DNA of 64,000 nucleotides from an uncultured Sporobacter sp. (lineage in GTDB: Bacteria; Bacillota; Clostridia; Oscillospirales; Oscillospiraceae), in the NCBI GenBank assembly GCA_963663605.2, contig CAXXVF010000002.1, forward strand, positions 401,582-465,581, in the 5' to 3' direction. Of this stretch, positions 34,967-44,964 are shown one piece after another (the first letter of the stretch is position 1; each line of letters begins with the position of its first letter). Under the pieces are notes generated by a model. That model did no database searches, was not told the origin of the DNA, and saw nothing but the letters and a program-made list of their open reading frames with translations. The position numbers and the translations under genes are program-made.

Positions 34967-36499
34967 GTGGACAAAAATACGGTTTCATATTGGAATAAAA
35001 CGGTGCAGAAAGCGTTTTATCCGAAGCTTCAAAAAAGCGTGACCGCCGACGTTCTGATCATCGGCGGCGGCATTACGGGCGTGACCTGCGCGTACTGTCT
35101 CGGCCTGAGAGGACGCGCCTCGGTTCTCATAGAGGCCGGGCGTGCGCTTTGCTGCGGCACGACGGGGAACACGACGGGAAAAATGACGGCGCAGCACGGC
35201 GCCGTCTATTCCGGACTCATTAAAAAACACGGATTGGACGCTGCGCGCGCGTATTGCCGTTCGCAGACGGAAGCGCTGGACTTTGTCCGAAACGCCGTAC
35301 AGAAAGAAAAGATCGACTGCCAGCTTCTAAATTGTCCGGCCTGCCTGTACGCGGCGGACGAAAACGACTGCGAGGCCGTCAAAAAAGAGTATTCGGCGCA
35401 AAAACGTGTTGGGATGGAAGCGGAGATCGTTGAAAGCCCATGTTTTCCGGTCAAAAACCTCGTCATGGCGCGCTGTAAGGATCAGGCGGCGCTGCATCCC
35501 GTACGCTATGTAGAGGCATTGGCAGCTTCTGCAGCCGGGAAGGGCGCGGAGATCTGGTGCGGCACAAAAGCCATACAGGTAAAGTCTTGTGACAGCATAA
35601 CTGTACGGTGCGAGGATGATATCGTCATCAAAGCAAAACACCTCGTAATGGCGACGGGTTATCCGATCTACGACGGGCCGAATCTGTTTTTTTCAAAGCT
35701 GTATCCCAAGCGGTCCTACGGCATCGCGGTCAAAACTAAAAACGACTGGCCGGACGGCAGCTTCATAACAGCAGGCAAACCGGTCCGCTCGTTTCGGACG
35801 CACACGGAGGATGGGCAGCGGATACTGATCGTTGCCGGAGACGGCCATACGACGGGACGCGGGCATGAGGATACGGCGCTGCATTTTGAAAACCTGATGC
35901 AGTTTGCAGAAAATCTGGCAGGCGTCCGGGAAGTTGTCGCCATGTGGTCGGCGCAGGATTATCAGTCGCCGGACCTGCTGCCGTATATCGGCAGGATATC
36001 CGGCCGATCGAATATTTATGTCGCCTCCGGCTACCATAAATGGGGTCTGACGAACGGCACGCTGGCGGGGAATATGCTCGCGGAGCTGATCGACACCGGC
36101 AGCTGCAGATACGAAGGCCTGTACGCAAGAACGCGTTCGGACTTTTTGAGCGCGCCGGGGACGGCCATCGGCAGCAATATACGTTCGGCAGCGGCGCTTG
36201 TGAAATCCAAGCTGGAGGGAGCCGTGCCAATGGAGGCGCTTGCGCAGGGAGAGGGGCGCGTAATCCGTTTTCAGGGCGAAAAAGCCGGGATTTACCGCGA
36301 TGAAAACGACGACGTGACGATCCTTGATATAACGTGTACCCACATGGGAACGGAGCTTAATTTCAACTCGGCGGAGAAGACCTGGGACTGCCCGGCGCAC
36401 GGCGGGCGGTTTTCGGCCGACGGCAAGCTCCTGGAGGGGCCGCCAAAGGACCCGCTTAAAGTCCTGTTCAAAGGCAAATACGACGATTTAATTCAGTAA
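34967..36499 (+). CDS. FAD-dependent oxidoreductase fused to a C-terminal Rieske 2Fe-2S domain
   Basis: GTG start. VLIIGGGITG is a dinucleotide-binding motif. The C-terminus CTHMG...CPAHGGRF is a Rieske CxH...CxxH motif. Confidence 0.8.
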   Translation: MDKNTVSYWNKTVQKAFYPKLQKSVTADVLIIGGGITGVTCAYCLGLRGRASVLIEAGRALCCGTTGNTTGKMTAQHGAVYSGLIKKHGLDAARAYCRSQTEALDFVRNAVQKEKIDCQLLNCPACLYAADENDCEAVKKEYSAQKRVGMEAEIVESPCFPVKNLVMARCKDQAALHPVRYVEALAASAAGKGAEIWCGTKAIQVKSCDSITVRCEDDIVIKAKHLVMATGYPIYDGPNLFFSKLYPKRSYGIAVKTKNDWPDGSFITAGKPVRSFRTHTEDGQRILIVAGDGHTTGRGHEDTALHFENLMQFAENLAGVREVVAMWSAQDYQSPDLLPYIGRISGRSNIYVASGYHKWGLTNGTLAGNMLAELIDTGSCRYEGLYARTRSDFLSAPGTAIGSNIRSAAALVKSKLEGAVPMEALAQGEGRVIRFQGEKAGIYRDENDDVTILDITCTHMGTELNFNSAEKTWDCPAHGGRFSADGKLLEGPPKDPLKVLFKGKYDDLIQ

Positions 36500-36520
36500 C
36501 AGCTTTTTTTAATATCCAGC

Positions 36521-36559
36521 AAAAAAACGGGACAGGGCAAGCGCCCTATCCCGTTTTTA
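36521..36559. terminator. Bidirectional intrinsic terminator between convergent genes
   Basis: AAAAAAACGGGACAGGGC-AAGC-GCCCTATCCCGTTTTT. Confidence 0.7.
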
Positions 36560-36578
36560 TCTGCATAATGTTAATACG

Positions 36579-38240
36579 CTATTTGTTGTGACCGCCGCCG
36601 TGCTGGCCGCCGGAATGGCTCTCGATCTCAGAAGTGTCCACAGAAGACGCATAAGACACGCCGAGCGCGTCGGCAACTGCCTCGATGATCCCGTTGCTGC
36701 TGAACGTAGCCCCGGATACGGCGTCCACGTCTAACTCCTGGGACGAAAGGATCGAATCGATGACGCTTTCGGCCTTTACCATGTATGGATAGTCGTCGTC
36801 ATATGAAACAACGGTGATGTCGGTAATTTGGCCGCCGGACACTGTGACGGTAACGCTGATGCTGCCGCGAAAACCGGTGCCGGTACCGGTATACGTGCCG
36901 TCTTCATAGACGCCGGACAAAACGGATGCGGCAGCTTGCCCGGAAGCGTCTGTAACGGTATCCGCCGTAGCTTCAGAAGCGGAAGGCGATGCTTCCTCCG
37001 ATGTTTTCGGCAGCTCTGAATCGGAAACGGAACATTCGGAATCTGCATTATTACTGATGCACCCCTCAAGCGCGTCGGCGACCGCGTCAGTTATGGCGTT
37101 GCTGGAAAAAGTTGCGCCGGAAACGGCGTCCACGTCTGGTGACTGCGTGAGCAGTATCGCGGTGACGATACTGTTCTCGGCACGGTTGAAATACTGCAGG
37201 TCGTCGTCTGTCGAAATTACGGTGATATCTTCGATATACCCGTTTTCTATAGTGACCGCGACATCCGTTGTGCCTCTGAAGCCTCTGGCGGAGCCTTCGT
37301 ATGTGCCGTCAATATATGGCCCCGCTTCTGCCGTATACGTTGAAACAGCGGCCGTTTCAGCTGTTTTCGCTGTTTCCGTTTCGGCGGCGGATGCAGTAAG
37401 CTGCGTTGGTATCAAATTGCCGGCGTAATATAGACCGGCGATGGACGCGGCCGCGCAGGCGGCGGCGACCGGCGGCGCGAGTCTGGCGGAGACGTTTTTG
37501 CGGCGGCAGGACTCGATGCAGTTGAAGCAGTTGATGCATTCGCCGGAACGGATGACGTCCGTCTTGTACAGTTCGATGCCCATCGGGCAGCTTGACGTGC
37601 AAAGCTTGCACGCCCCGCACTCCGTACGCGGCTTTTTGATTTTAAACGGCCGGATAAGGGAGACAACGGAGAAGACCGCGCCGAGCGGGCAGGCGTAACG
37701 GCAGAAGAAGCGTTCGACAAAAAGCGACCCGACGATGATAAGGAGCAAAAGCGCACCGCCGACGGATATCAGATAGCTTGCCGCAGGCCAGCCGGAAATC
37801 GACGCGTACATGCCGAAGATCGTCCAGGGATTGGCTGTGGGGTCAAACGAAACCACGCCAAGCGTCCATACGAACACGACGATAAATATGAGTAAAATGT
37901 ACTTGAAGGACTTTAATATTTTATCTGTTTTTTCACCGATGCGGATGCGCTTTCTGTGGATTTTTCCCGCGATAAACCAAAGCAGATCGCCCATGGAGCC
38001 GAAAGCGCACAGGTATCCGCAGAAAAAACGACCCAGAAGCATCGTGACGGGAATTACGGCAAGCAGGATCAAAAGCTGGAAGCTGAGCGCGGTCACGCTG
38101 AAGCTTCCCTGTATAAGCGCCTGATAGACATCTCCCAGCGCGCCGAATGCGGTTATGAACAAACCGGGTATCAGGATAAATGCGGCAAGCTGTATGAGTC
38201 GCCGCAGGACTTTTATAAATGTAATTTTCTTCTTTTTCAT
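36579..38240 (-). CDS. NapH/MauN-like 4Fe-4S membrane protein fused to two FMN_bind domains
   Basis: Polytopic N-terminus with FCGYLCAFG and FCRYACPLG. Ferredoxin motifs CGACKLCTSSCP and CINCFNCIESC. Two C-terminal repeats each carry DVDAVSGATFSSN, the SGAT flavinylation motif. Confidence 0.8.
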   Translation of the reverse strand: MKKKKITFIKVLRRLIQLAAFILIPGLFITAFGALGDVYQALIQGSFSVTALSFQLLILLAVIPVTMLLGRFFCGYLCAFGSMGDLLWFIAGKIHRKRIRIGEKTDKILKSFKYILLIFIVVFVWTLGVVSFDPTANPWTIFGMYASISGWPAASYLISVGGALLLLIIVGSLFVERFFCRYACPLGAVFSVVSLIRPFKIKKPRTECGACKLCTSSCPMGIELYKTDVIRSGECINCFNCIESCRRKNVSARLAPPVAAACAAASIAGLYYAGNLIPTQLTASAAETETAKTAETAAVSTYTAEAGPYIDGTYEGSARGFRGTTDVAVTIENGYIEDITVISTDDDLQYFNRAENSIVTAILLTQSPDVDAVSGATFSSNAITDAVADALEGCISNNADSECSVSDSELPKTSEEASPSASEATADTVTDASGQAAASVLSGVYEDGTYTGTGTGFRGSISVTVTVSGGQITDITVVSYDDDYPYMVKAESVIDSILSSQELDVDAVSGATFSSNGIIEAVADALGVSYASSVDTSEIESHSGGQHGGGHNK

Positions 38241-38243
38241 GAT

Positions 38244-39173
38244 TCAGACCTCATTGTGGATCAATTTGAAATTCTCTTTCAGGTTTTCGGAAACGTAGAC
38301 GTTTCTGCCGGTGTCGACAACGATGGCTTCCGCACCGGATGATGATGCCAGCTGCATGCCTTTTTGAGCGCCCAGCACAAAAAAAGCCGTCGACAGCGCA
38401 TCGAGCGCTGCAGCGGACGCACCGACAAGCGTGACGCTTAAAACATCGGATTCCGCCGGGTAACCGGTGCGCGGGTCGATTATATGATGGTACCGCCTGC
38501 CGCCGAACGTCCGAAATTTTTCATAGGAGCCGGAGGTGACGGCGCAAGTATCGATTAAATAAACGCGCCCCATTATCTCTCCGGTCGGCTTGTCGGGATG
38601 CTGGATACCGACAGGTTTTTTATGGCCTATGACGGCAACGCTGCCGCCCAGGTTTATGACCGCTTCTTTGATTGCGTTTTCCGACAGGATACGACGAACC
38701 TCGTCGACAGCAAACCCTTTTGCGATGCCGCCCAGGTCAATACGCTGGCCTTTGTGGCGCAGCTTTACGGCGCCGGCCGCCTTGTCAATCAGGACATCCG
38801 TCCAGCAGACGCTGTTTTTAATACGTTTGATATCGCGGCTGCCCGGTATAACAGAGGGCGGACGGCCGCCGAACCCCCAGAGCTCCACGAGCGGACGGAT
38901 GGTTGCGTCGAACGCGCCGTCCGACGCTTCTGCGAAGTGCGCGGCCTGTTCCAGAAGGTAAATCGTATCCGGTTGCACCGGGACATAGCCCTTTTCGGCC
39001 GCGGCGTTAATACGGGAGACGTCGCTTGAACCATCAAAGGCGGAGAAAAGCCGGTGTATCTGACGGACCCGGTCTGCAGCTGTCTTTATTATGTTTTCAT
39101 CCGGACACGACGGAACGTCGATCGAATTGACCGTGCCGAGCGCCGGGAATACTTTATGAACGCTTTTATTCAT
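38244..39173 (-). CDS. apbE: FAD:protein FMN transferase (ApbE family)
   Basis: FPALGTVNSI (the MGT-type start of the family) and GGIAKGFAVD. Neither candidate start (ATG 39173, TTG 39242) gives a convincing signal peptide or lipobox. Confidence 0.85.
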   Translation of the reverse strand: MNKSVHKVFPALGTVNSIDVPSCPDENIIKTAADRVRQIHRLFSAFDGSSDVSRINAAAEKGYVPVQPDTIYLLEQAAHFAEASDGAFDATIRPLVELWGFGGRPPSVIPGSRDIKRIKNSVCWTDVLIDKAAGAVKLRHKGQRIDLGGIAKGFAVDEVRRILSENAIKEAVINLGGSVAVIGHKKPVGIQHPDKPTGEIMGRVYLIDTCAVTSGSYEKFRTFGGRRYHHIIDPRTGYPAESDVLSVTLVGASAAALDALSTAFFVLGAQKGMQLASSSGAEAIVVDTGRNVYVSENLKENFKLIHNEV

Positions 39174-39356
39174 ACGCTGATTATAAATTAGAATCGTGGC
39201 AAAACAATGGCGGCATTGTGAATTTTTTCGGAATACACCCAAAAAATATGTAGAATTATGTCTAATGCTGAAATAAATTCAATTGACGGGTTAAAAAGCA
39301 TCTGATAAACTTATTTAAATATTCATTACCGGCTTGCCGTATTTGGAGGCGCATAT

Positions 39357-40598
39357 ATGGATCCAGCAACATCAATAAATGATTTGCCAGAAGAAAAAAC
39401 AATATGGAACAGAAATTTTATCGGTTCCGTTATTACGAATCTTTTTTTATGTCTGGGGCATTTTTCAGTAAACACGCATGTGGCGACATACGCCACTTTT
39501 TTAGGTGCCGTGCCCGTTGTGATGGGGCTTTTGACCGGAATGTTTTTCGGGATCTCGCTCATGCTCAAGCCCGTAGCCGGCCCTGCGATGACGAAAATCG
39601 ACAAGCGTTTACTCATGATCCTGGTTTTTTTTGTCGGCGGGATTTCAAACCTGGGCTACGCACTCTTTCACGATATAGGGATGTTTATATTCTTCCGTGT
39701 CCTCAACGGCATTCAGTATGGTTTTGTCGGCTGCCTTACGATGACAATTGCCAGCGACGCCCTTCCGAAGGACAAAATGGCGTCCGGCATGGGCCTTTAT
39801 GGTATCGGTGGCGCGATCGGTGCCGCGTCCGGACCGTCTATCAGTCACTGGCTGTTTGAGCTGGGCGCTAAAATGCAAAACGATGATCTCGGGTATACTT
39901 TTATTTTTCTTTTTGCAGCAGTCGTATTCTTTTTGGCGCTGATTCCCTGTTTTGCCCTGCATCCGGACAAAAAAACAAAGGAGCAGGTGGCCAGTACGGG
40001 CGCCTGGTATAAAAATATCGTAACGATTCACGCGCTGCCAACGACGATCGTCATGTTTTTTATAATCGCGGGCTATGCGATTTACAATTCTTATGTCTTT
40101 AATCTGGGCGACGAACTGAATATCGGCAATGTCAGCCTGTTCTACACATTCATGGCAGGTACGATGATCGTATCCAGGCCGCTGTCCGGCTGGCTTTGTG
40201 ACCGCTACGGCGTATCGACGGTCGTTATACCGGGTATGATTTTATTTGCGGCGTCATTCATCGTCGTCGGATTCAGCGGAACGATTGAAGGCATGCTGGT
40301 CGGCGCCGTATTAGCCGCGCTTGGGATCGGCGGGACGCAGCCGGCGATTCAGGCCATGTGCATGAAATCCGTCGAACCGCTCAAACGCAGTGTTGCAGGC
40401 AACACAATGTATATCGCGATGGATTCCGGCTTTTTCGTCGGTCCGATTTTAGGCAGCATCGTTTATAAATATACGAGTTACGCTTTCATGTTCAAGGTCG
40501 CTGTGGTCCCTGTTTTGATCGCGTTCGTTTGTTTCCTCTTCATCCTTCCGATGTATAAAAGGCGCCTGCGCGTACTGGAGGAAGACGAGCGGAAATAA
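39357..40598 (+). CDS. MFS transporter
   Basis: 413 aa with 12 predicted TM helices and GGAGG upstream. Confidence 0.85.
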   Translation: MDPATSINDLPEEKTIWNRNFIGSVITNLFLCLGHFSVNTHVATYATFLGAVPVVMGLLTGMFFGISLMLKPVAGPAMTKIDKRLLMILVFFVGGISNLGYALFHDIGMFIFFRVLNGIQYGFVGCLTMTIASDALPKDKMASGMGLYGIGGAIGAASGPSISHWLFELGAKMQNDDLGYTFIFLFAAVVFFLALIPCFALHPDKKTKEQVASTGAWYKNIVTIHALPTTIVMFFIIAGYAIYNSYVFNLGDELNIGNVSLFYTFMAGTMIVSRPLSGWLCDRYGVSTVVIPGMILFAASFIVVGFSGTIEGMLVGAVLAALGIGGTQPAIQAMCMKSVEPLKRSVAGNTMYIAMDSGFFVGPILGSIVYKYTSYAFMFKVAVVPVLIAFVCFLFILPMYKRRLRVLEEDERK

Positions 40599-40620
40599 AG
40601 CGTACGGACCGCGACGGTTC

Positions 40621-40660
40621 AAAAATATGTATCCGGAGGTATTATGCCTCCGGATATTTT
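40621..40660. terminator. Bidirectional terminator between the MFS and DUF378 genes
   Basis: ATCCGGAGG-TATTATG-CCTCCGGAT is flanked by an A-run and ATTTT. Confidence 0.6.
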
Positions 40661-40874
40661 ACGCGTGCTCTCCGCGCTCTTCTTCGCGTTCTCTGAACAA
40701 TAGGGAGATCAGCCAGATGGCGGCCAGACCGACCAGCGTATAGATCACTCTGCTGACGGCTGCCGCCTGTCCGCCGAAGATATAAGAAACGATATCAAAC
40801 CGGAACAAACCAATCGATCCCCAATTGAGTCCGCCGATGATAGCCAGGACGAGCGCGATTCTGTCGATGATCAT
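40659..40874 (-). CDS. DUF378 small membrane protein
   Basis: IALVLAIIGGLNWGSIGLFRFDIVSYIFG is the characteristic DUF378 motif. Confidence 0.8.
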   Translation of the reverse strand: MIIDRIALVLAIIGGLNWGSIGLFRFDIVSYIFGGQAAAVSRVIYTLVGLAAIWLISLLFREREEERGEHA

Positions 40875-41100
40875 AGCCGTTTCCTCCTTTTTATCGCTCC
40901 GCCGGCGGAACGATAGCTACGTGCATAATATAACCGCGCGCGCCGGATTTATGCACTAAATACAATGAAGCAAAAAAATACGAAGCCGATGAATATGAAT
41001 ATTTTTTACAGTAAAATAAATAATTGTTTGATATAATGACGGCGAGATTGTATAATAGATAAAATTGAGTTCAGGGATTATTTAAGTTGGAGGTTTTGTC

Positions 41101-41580
41101 ATGAACGAAATACTGAAAATTCTTGAAAAAGAAGGCAGGCTTTCTGCACAGCAGATAGCAGCAATGCTCGATATGGATGAAAAGGAAGTTGAAGCAGTCA
41201 TCGCAAAATGCGAAAAGGACGGCGTCATTTTAAAATACATGGCACTTATCGACTGGAACAAGGTGACGGAAGAGACCGTTACGGCGCTCATTGAATTGAA
41301 GATATCGCCTCAGCGCGGCGAGGGATATGAACGGATTGCCGAGCGCATTTACCAGTACGAAGAAGTCGACAGCCTTTACCTGATGAGCGGAGATTTTGAC
41401 CTTGCAGTATATATCACGGCGGACTCCATCAAGGATGTTGCCCAGTTCGTATTTGCGCGGCTTGCGCCTATAGACGGCGTCACGGCAACGTCGACGCACT
41501 TTTTACTCAAAAAATACAAGGAAAAAGGCTGCATATTCAGCTTGAGCGAAGAGCAGGAAGAGAGGGTGATGTTTGTATGA
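41101..41580 (+). CDS. Lrp/AsnC-family transcriptional regulator
   Basis: N-terminal HTH (ILKILEKEGRLSAQQIAAML) and a C-terminal RAM/ACT-like domain. Confidence 0.85.
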   Translation: MNEILKILEKEGRLSAQQIAAMLDMDEKEVEAVIAKCEKDGVILKYMALIDWNKVTEETVTALIELKISPQRGEGYERIAERIYQYEEVDSLYLMSGDFDLAVYITADSIKDVAQFVFARLAPIDGVTATSTHFLLKKYKEKGCIFSLSEEQEERVMFV

Positions 41581-42746
41581 TTGACTATAATAATCTCATA
41601 AGCGATAAAGTCAAGGGGATCAAACCGTCGGGCATCCGGAGGTTTTTTGATATACTCGAGGAAATGGACGACGCCATCTCCCTGGGAATCGGCGAGCCGG
41701 ATTTTGTGACGCCCTGGCACATCCGCGACGCCGGTATCTATTCGCTGGAAAAAGGCTTCACGAAATATACGGGCAACGCAGGGCTCACGCGCCTGCGTAC
41801 GGAGATCGGCCGGTACTTGAAACGGCGCTTTGACCTTGAATACAGCTATAAAAATCAGATTATCGTCACGGTCGGCGGCAGCGAGGCCATAGACCTTGCC
41901 GTTCGGGCGCTCGTGAACCCCGGTGAGGAAGTCGTCATACCGGTTCCTTCTTTCGTCTGCTACGGTCCGATCACGGAGCTGGCTTCCGCCAAGACCGTGT
42001 TCGTCGAGACAAAAGTGGAAAACGAATTCCGCCTGACGGCCGACGAGCTGCGCGCGGCGATAACGCCGAAGACAAAGCTTCTGATCCTGCCGTATCCGAA
42101 CAACCCGACCGGCGGCATCATGGAAAAAGCCGATCTCGAAGCGATCGCCGAGGTGCTGCGCGGCACCGATATCATGGTTTTGTCCGACGAGATCTATGCA
42201 GAGCTTACATATGGGCAGAAGCATTTTTCAATTGCGAACATTCCGGACATGTACGAGCGTACGATCATCGTGGGCGGATTTTCAAAGAGCCATGCGATGA
42301 CGGGCTGGCGCATGGGCTACGTCTGCGGACCGGCTGAGATCGTTGTGCAGATGCTCAAGATACACCAATACGCGATCATGTCCGCCCCGACGACCAGCCA
42401 GTACGCCGCCATCGAGGCCATGAAGGAAGGCGACGACGATATTGAATCCATGCGCCGCGACTATGATTACAGGCGCCGTTATATATTGGACGGCCTGCAT
42501 GCGCTCGGTATGGAGTGCTTTGAGCCCAAAGGGGCTTTTTACGTATTCCCGTGCATCCAAAGCACCGGTATGTCCTCAGAACAGTTCTGCGAGAAGTTCC
42601 TTATCGAGGAGAAAGTGGCGGTCATTCCGGGCAACGCCTTCGGCAGGAGCGGCGAAGGCTTTGTGAGGATGTGCTACGCCGCGTCCATCGATGACATCAC
42701 GCAGGCGCTTTCCAGGCTCAGCGATTTTCTGAAAAGACATAAATAA
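41577..42746 (+). CDS. Class I/II pyridoxal-phosphate aminotransferase
   Basis: NPTG and SKSHAMTGWRMGY (the PLP-binding lysine). Its start overlaps the Lrp stop as ATGA. Confidence 0.9.
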   Translation: MIDYNNLISDKVKGIKPSGIRRFFDILEEMDDAISLGIGEPDFVTPWHIRDAGIYSLEKGFTKYTGNAGLTRLRTEIGRYLKRRFDLEYSYKNQIIVTVGGSEAIDLAVRALVNPGEEVVIPVPSFVCYGPITELASAKTVFVETKVENEFRLTADELRAAITPKTKLLILPYPNNPTGGIMEKADLEAIAEVLRGTDIMVLSDEIYAELTYGQKHFSIANIPDMYERTIIVGGFSKSHAMTGWRMGYVCGPAEIVVQMLKIHQYAIMSAPTTSQYAAIEAMKEGDDDIESMRRDYDYRRRYILDGLHALGMECFEPKGAFYVFPCIQSTGMSSEQFCEKFLIEEKVAVIPGNAFGRSGEGFVRMCYAASIDDITQALSRLSDFLKRHK

Positions 42747-42774
42747 AACAGCAGACAAAGGGGCTGTCAGGCAT

Positions 42775-44004
42775 ATGAAATATATTCTTGTGATCGGAGA
42801 CGGCATGGCCGACAATCCGGTCCCTGAGCTCGGCGGCAAAACGCCGCTTCAGGCGGCGGACATACCGGCGATCGACGCGCTGGCTGCAAAAGGGACGATC
42901 GGCTCGGTCCAGAACGTACCGGAAGGGCTGCCCGCCGGCAGCGACACGGCGATCCTGTCGATTTTCGGATGCGACCCAAACGTATGTTACACGGGAAGGG
43001 CGCCGTTGGAGGCGGCCGCGGCCGGTATACGGCTGGAGCCTGGCAACGTGGCCTACCGCTGTAATATGGTCGCCTATGAAGACGGCGGCAAGCCGTTTGG
43101 CGAAAAAAAGATACTCTCCCATTCGGCCGGTTCGATCGAGGGAGAACAGTCGGCGCAGCTCGTTAAAGAGCTCTTTGACGATCCGGAATTCAAAAAGCTG
43201 GCCGATCAGGCCGGCATGCGCGTATATCCGGCGCTTTCGTTTCGGCATATCGCCGTACAGAAGAAAGCCGATATTGAAGGCATCGTCCTCATTCCGCCGC
43301 ATGACCATCTGGGCGAGGAGATCGGGCCGCTTATGCCGGCCGGCTGCAAAAACGCCGAAACACTGAAAGAACTTATGATCGCATCACACCGTTTTCTGGA
43401 CAGGCACCCGATAAACGCGCAGCGGCGCGCCGGGGGCAAACTACCGGCAAACGGCGTTTGGTTCTGGGCGGAGGGGACAGCCGTGGCGCTGCCGGATTTT
43501 GAAAAGCAGTACCATAAGACGGGCAGCGTTATCTCCGCAGTGCCGCTGTGCCACGGCATCGCCGCGCTGACGGGACTTGATATCGTGACGGTCGACGGCG
43601 CGACCGGCGAACTGGACACGAATTACGAGGGCAAGGTGGATGCCGCCCTGGACGTTTTGAAGACGCGCGATTTTGCGGCGATACACGTAGAAGCGCCGGA
43701 CGAATGCACCCACAACGGCGACCTGAAAGGCAAGATGCAGGCCATAAAATGGCTGGACAGCCGCGTCGTCCACCCGCTGACGGAAAAACTCTCCGTCCGC
43801 GGAACGGATTACCGTCTGCTGCTCTTAAGCGACCACAAAACGCTAACATCGACGCGGGGGCACGACGGCGACCCCGTGCCGTATCTGATTTACGACAGCC
43901 GGAAGGATACAGCCTCTAAAGCCGCGTATACGGAAGCAGACGGACATAAAGGCCCGTATGTCGATGCGGGCGTGAAGCTTATGGGGATGCTGTTTGAAGA
44001 GTAG
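42775..44004 (+). CDS. apgM: Cofactor-independent phosphoglycerate mutase family protein (ApgM-like)
   Basis: MKYILVIGDGMADNP and the metalloenzyme-superfamily motif SDHKT. 409 aa. Confidence 0.8.
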   Translation: MKYILVIGDGMADNPVPELGGKTPLQAADIPAIDALAAKGTIGSVQNVPEGLPAGSDTAILSIFGCDPNVCYTGRAPLEAAAAGIRLEPGNVAYRCNMVAYEDGGKPFGEKKILSHSAGSIEGEQSAQLVKELFDDPEFKKLADQAGMRVYPALSFRHIAVQKKADIEGIVLIPPHDHLGEEIGPLMPAGCKNAETLKELMIASHRFLDRHPINAQRRAGGKLPANGVWFWAEGTAVALPDFEKQYHKTGSVISAVPLCHGIAALTGLDIVTVDGATGELDTNYEGKVDAALDVLKTRDFAAIHVEAPDECTHNGDLKGKMQAIKWLDSRVVHPLTEKLSVRGTDYRLLLLSDHKTLTSTRGHDGDPVPYLIYDSRKDTASKAAYTEADGHKGPYVDAGVKLMGMLFEE

Positions 44005-44015
44005 AAGAGTAAAAA

Positions 44016-44888
44016 ATGAACATTAAAGTCAAAGCCTATGCGAAAATAAACCTGTCCATCGATATCGTTTCCAGGATGGAAAGCGGCTATCACAACATGC
44101 GCATGATCATGCAGAGCGTAGCGCTGCATGACGAGCTGTCGATTGCCTGTGAGCAGGGGGCGGGCGTCACCGTGGCGACGAATCTCAGATACCTCCCGAA
44201 CGATAACCGGAACATCGCCGCACGCGCCGCCGACGCTTTTTTTACGCATACCGGCATTTCGGGTTTTAAAACCGATATCGTTATCAAAAAGCATATTCCC
44301 GTCTGCGCCGGACTCGGCGGCGGCAGTACGGACGGCGCCGCCGTACTGCGCGGTATGAATACGCTTTTTAAAACGGGGCTTGACCGCAGCGCGCTTGAGC
44401 GGCTCGGAGAGCAGCTCGGATCGGATGTGCCGTTTTGCGTTGCGGGCGGAACGGTTCTTGCGGAAGGAAAAGGGGAAAGGCTTATTGACCAGCCGCCGCT
44501 TCCGCCGTGCGCCGTTGTGATTTGCAAGCCGCCATTCGCTATTTCGACGCCGGAGCTTTTTTCGAGGATCAACTGCGACAAGATACGTCTGCGCCCCGAT
44601 ACCGACGGGCTCATCGGCGCGCTCGAAGACGGGAACCTCCGGGACGCGGCGCGGCGCATGTACAACGTATTCGAGGACGTGCTGCCTAAAAACGCCGGCG
44701 CAATAGAAGAGATCAAGCAGCGGCTTTTGGACCACGGCGCGCTCGGCGCGGCCATGACGGGCACGGGTTCTGCCGTGTTCGGTATATTTGACGGTGAAGT
44801 CAAAGCCAAACAGGCCGGAAAAGACCTGAAGAAAGACTACAGGGAGTGTTTCCTGACAGCCCCGACCGGACGGCTTGAGATTGAATAA
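44016..44888 (+). CDS. ispE: 4-diphosphocytidyl-2-C-methyl-D-erythritol kinase
   Basis: AYAKINLSIDI and the GHMP kinase motif PVCAGLGGGSTDGAA. Confidence 0.9.
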   Translation: MNIKVKAYAKINLSIDIVSRMESGYHNMRMIMQSVALHDELSIACEQGAGVTVATNLRYLPNDNRNIAARAADAFFTHTGISGFKTDIVIKKHIPVCAGLGGGSTDGAAVLRGMNTLFKTGLDRSALERLGEQLGSDVPFCVAGGTVLAEGKGERLIDQPPLPPCAVVICKPPFAISTPELFSRINCDKIRLRPDTDGLIGALEDGNLRDAARRMYNVFEDVLPKNAGAIEEIKQRLLDHGALGAAMTGTGSAVFGIFDGEVKAKQAGKDLKKDYRECFLTAPTGRLEIE

Positions 44889-44964
44889 AACTTCATACGG
44901 TATAAAAAGAAAAAACCTCGTCGATACTTGATTTAGCGGCTTAGTATCATGGAGGTTTTTACTT

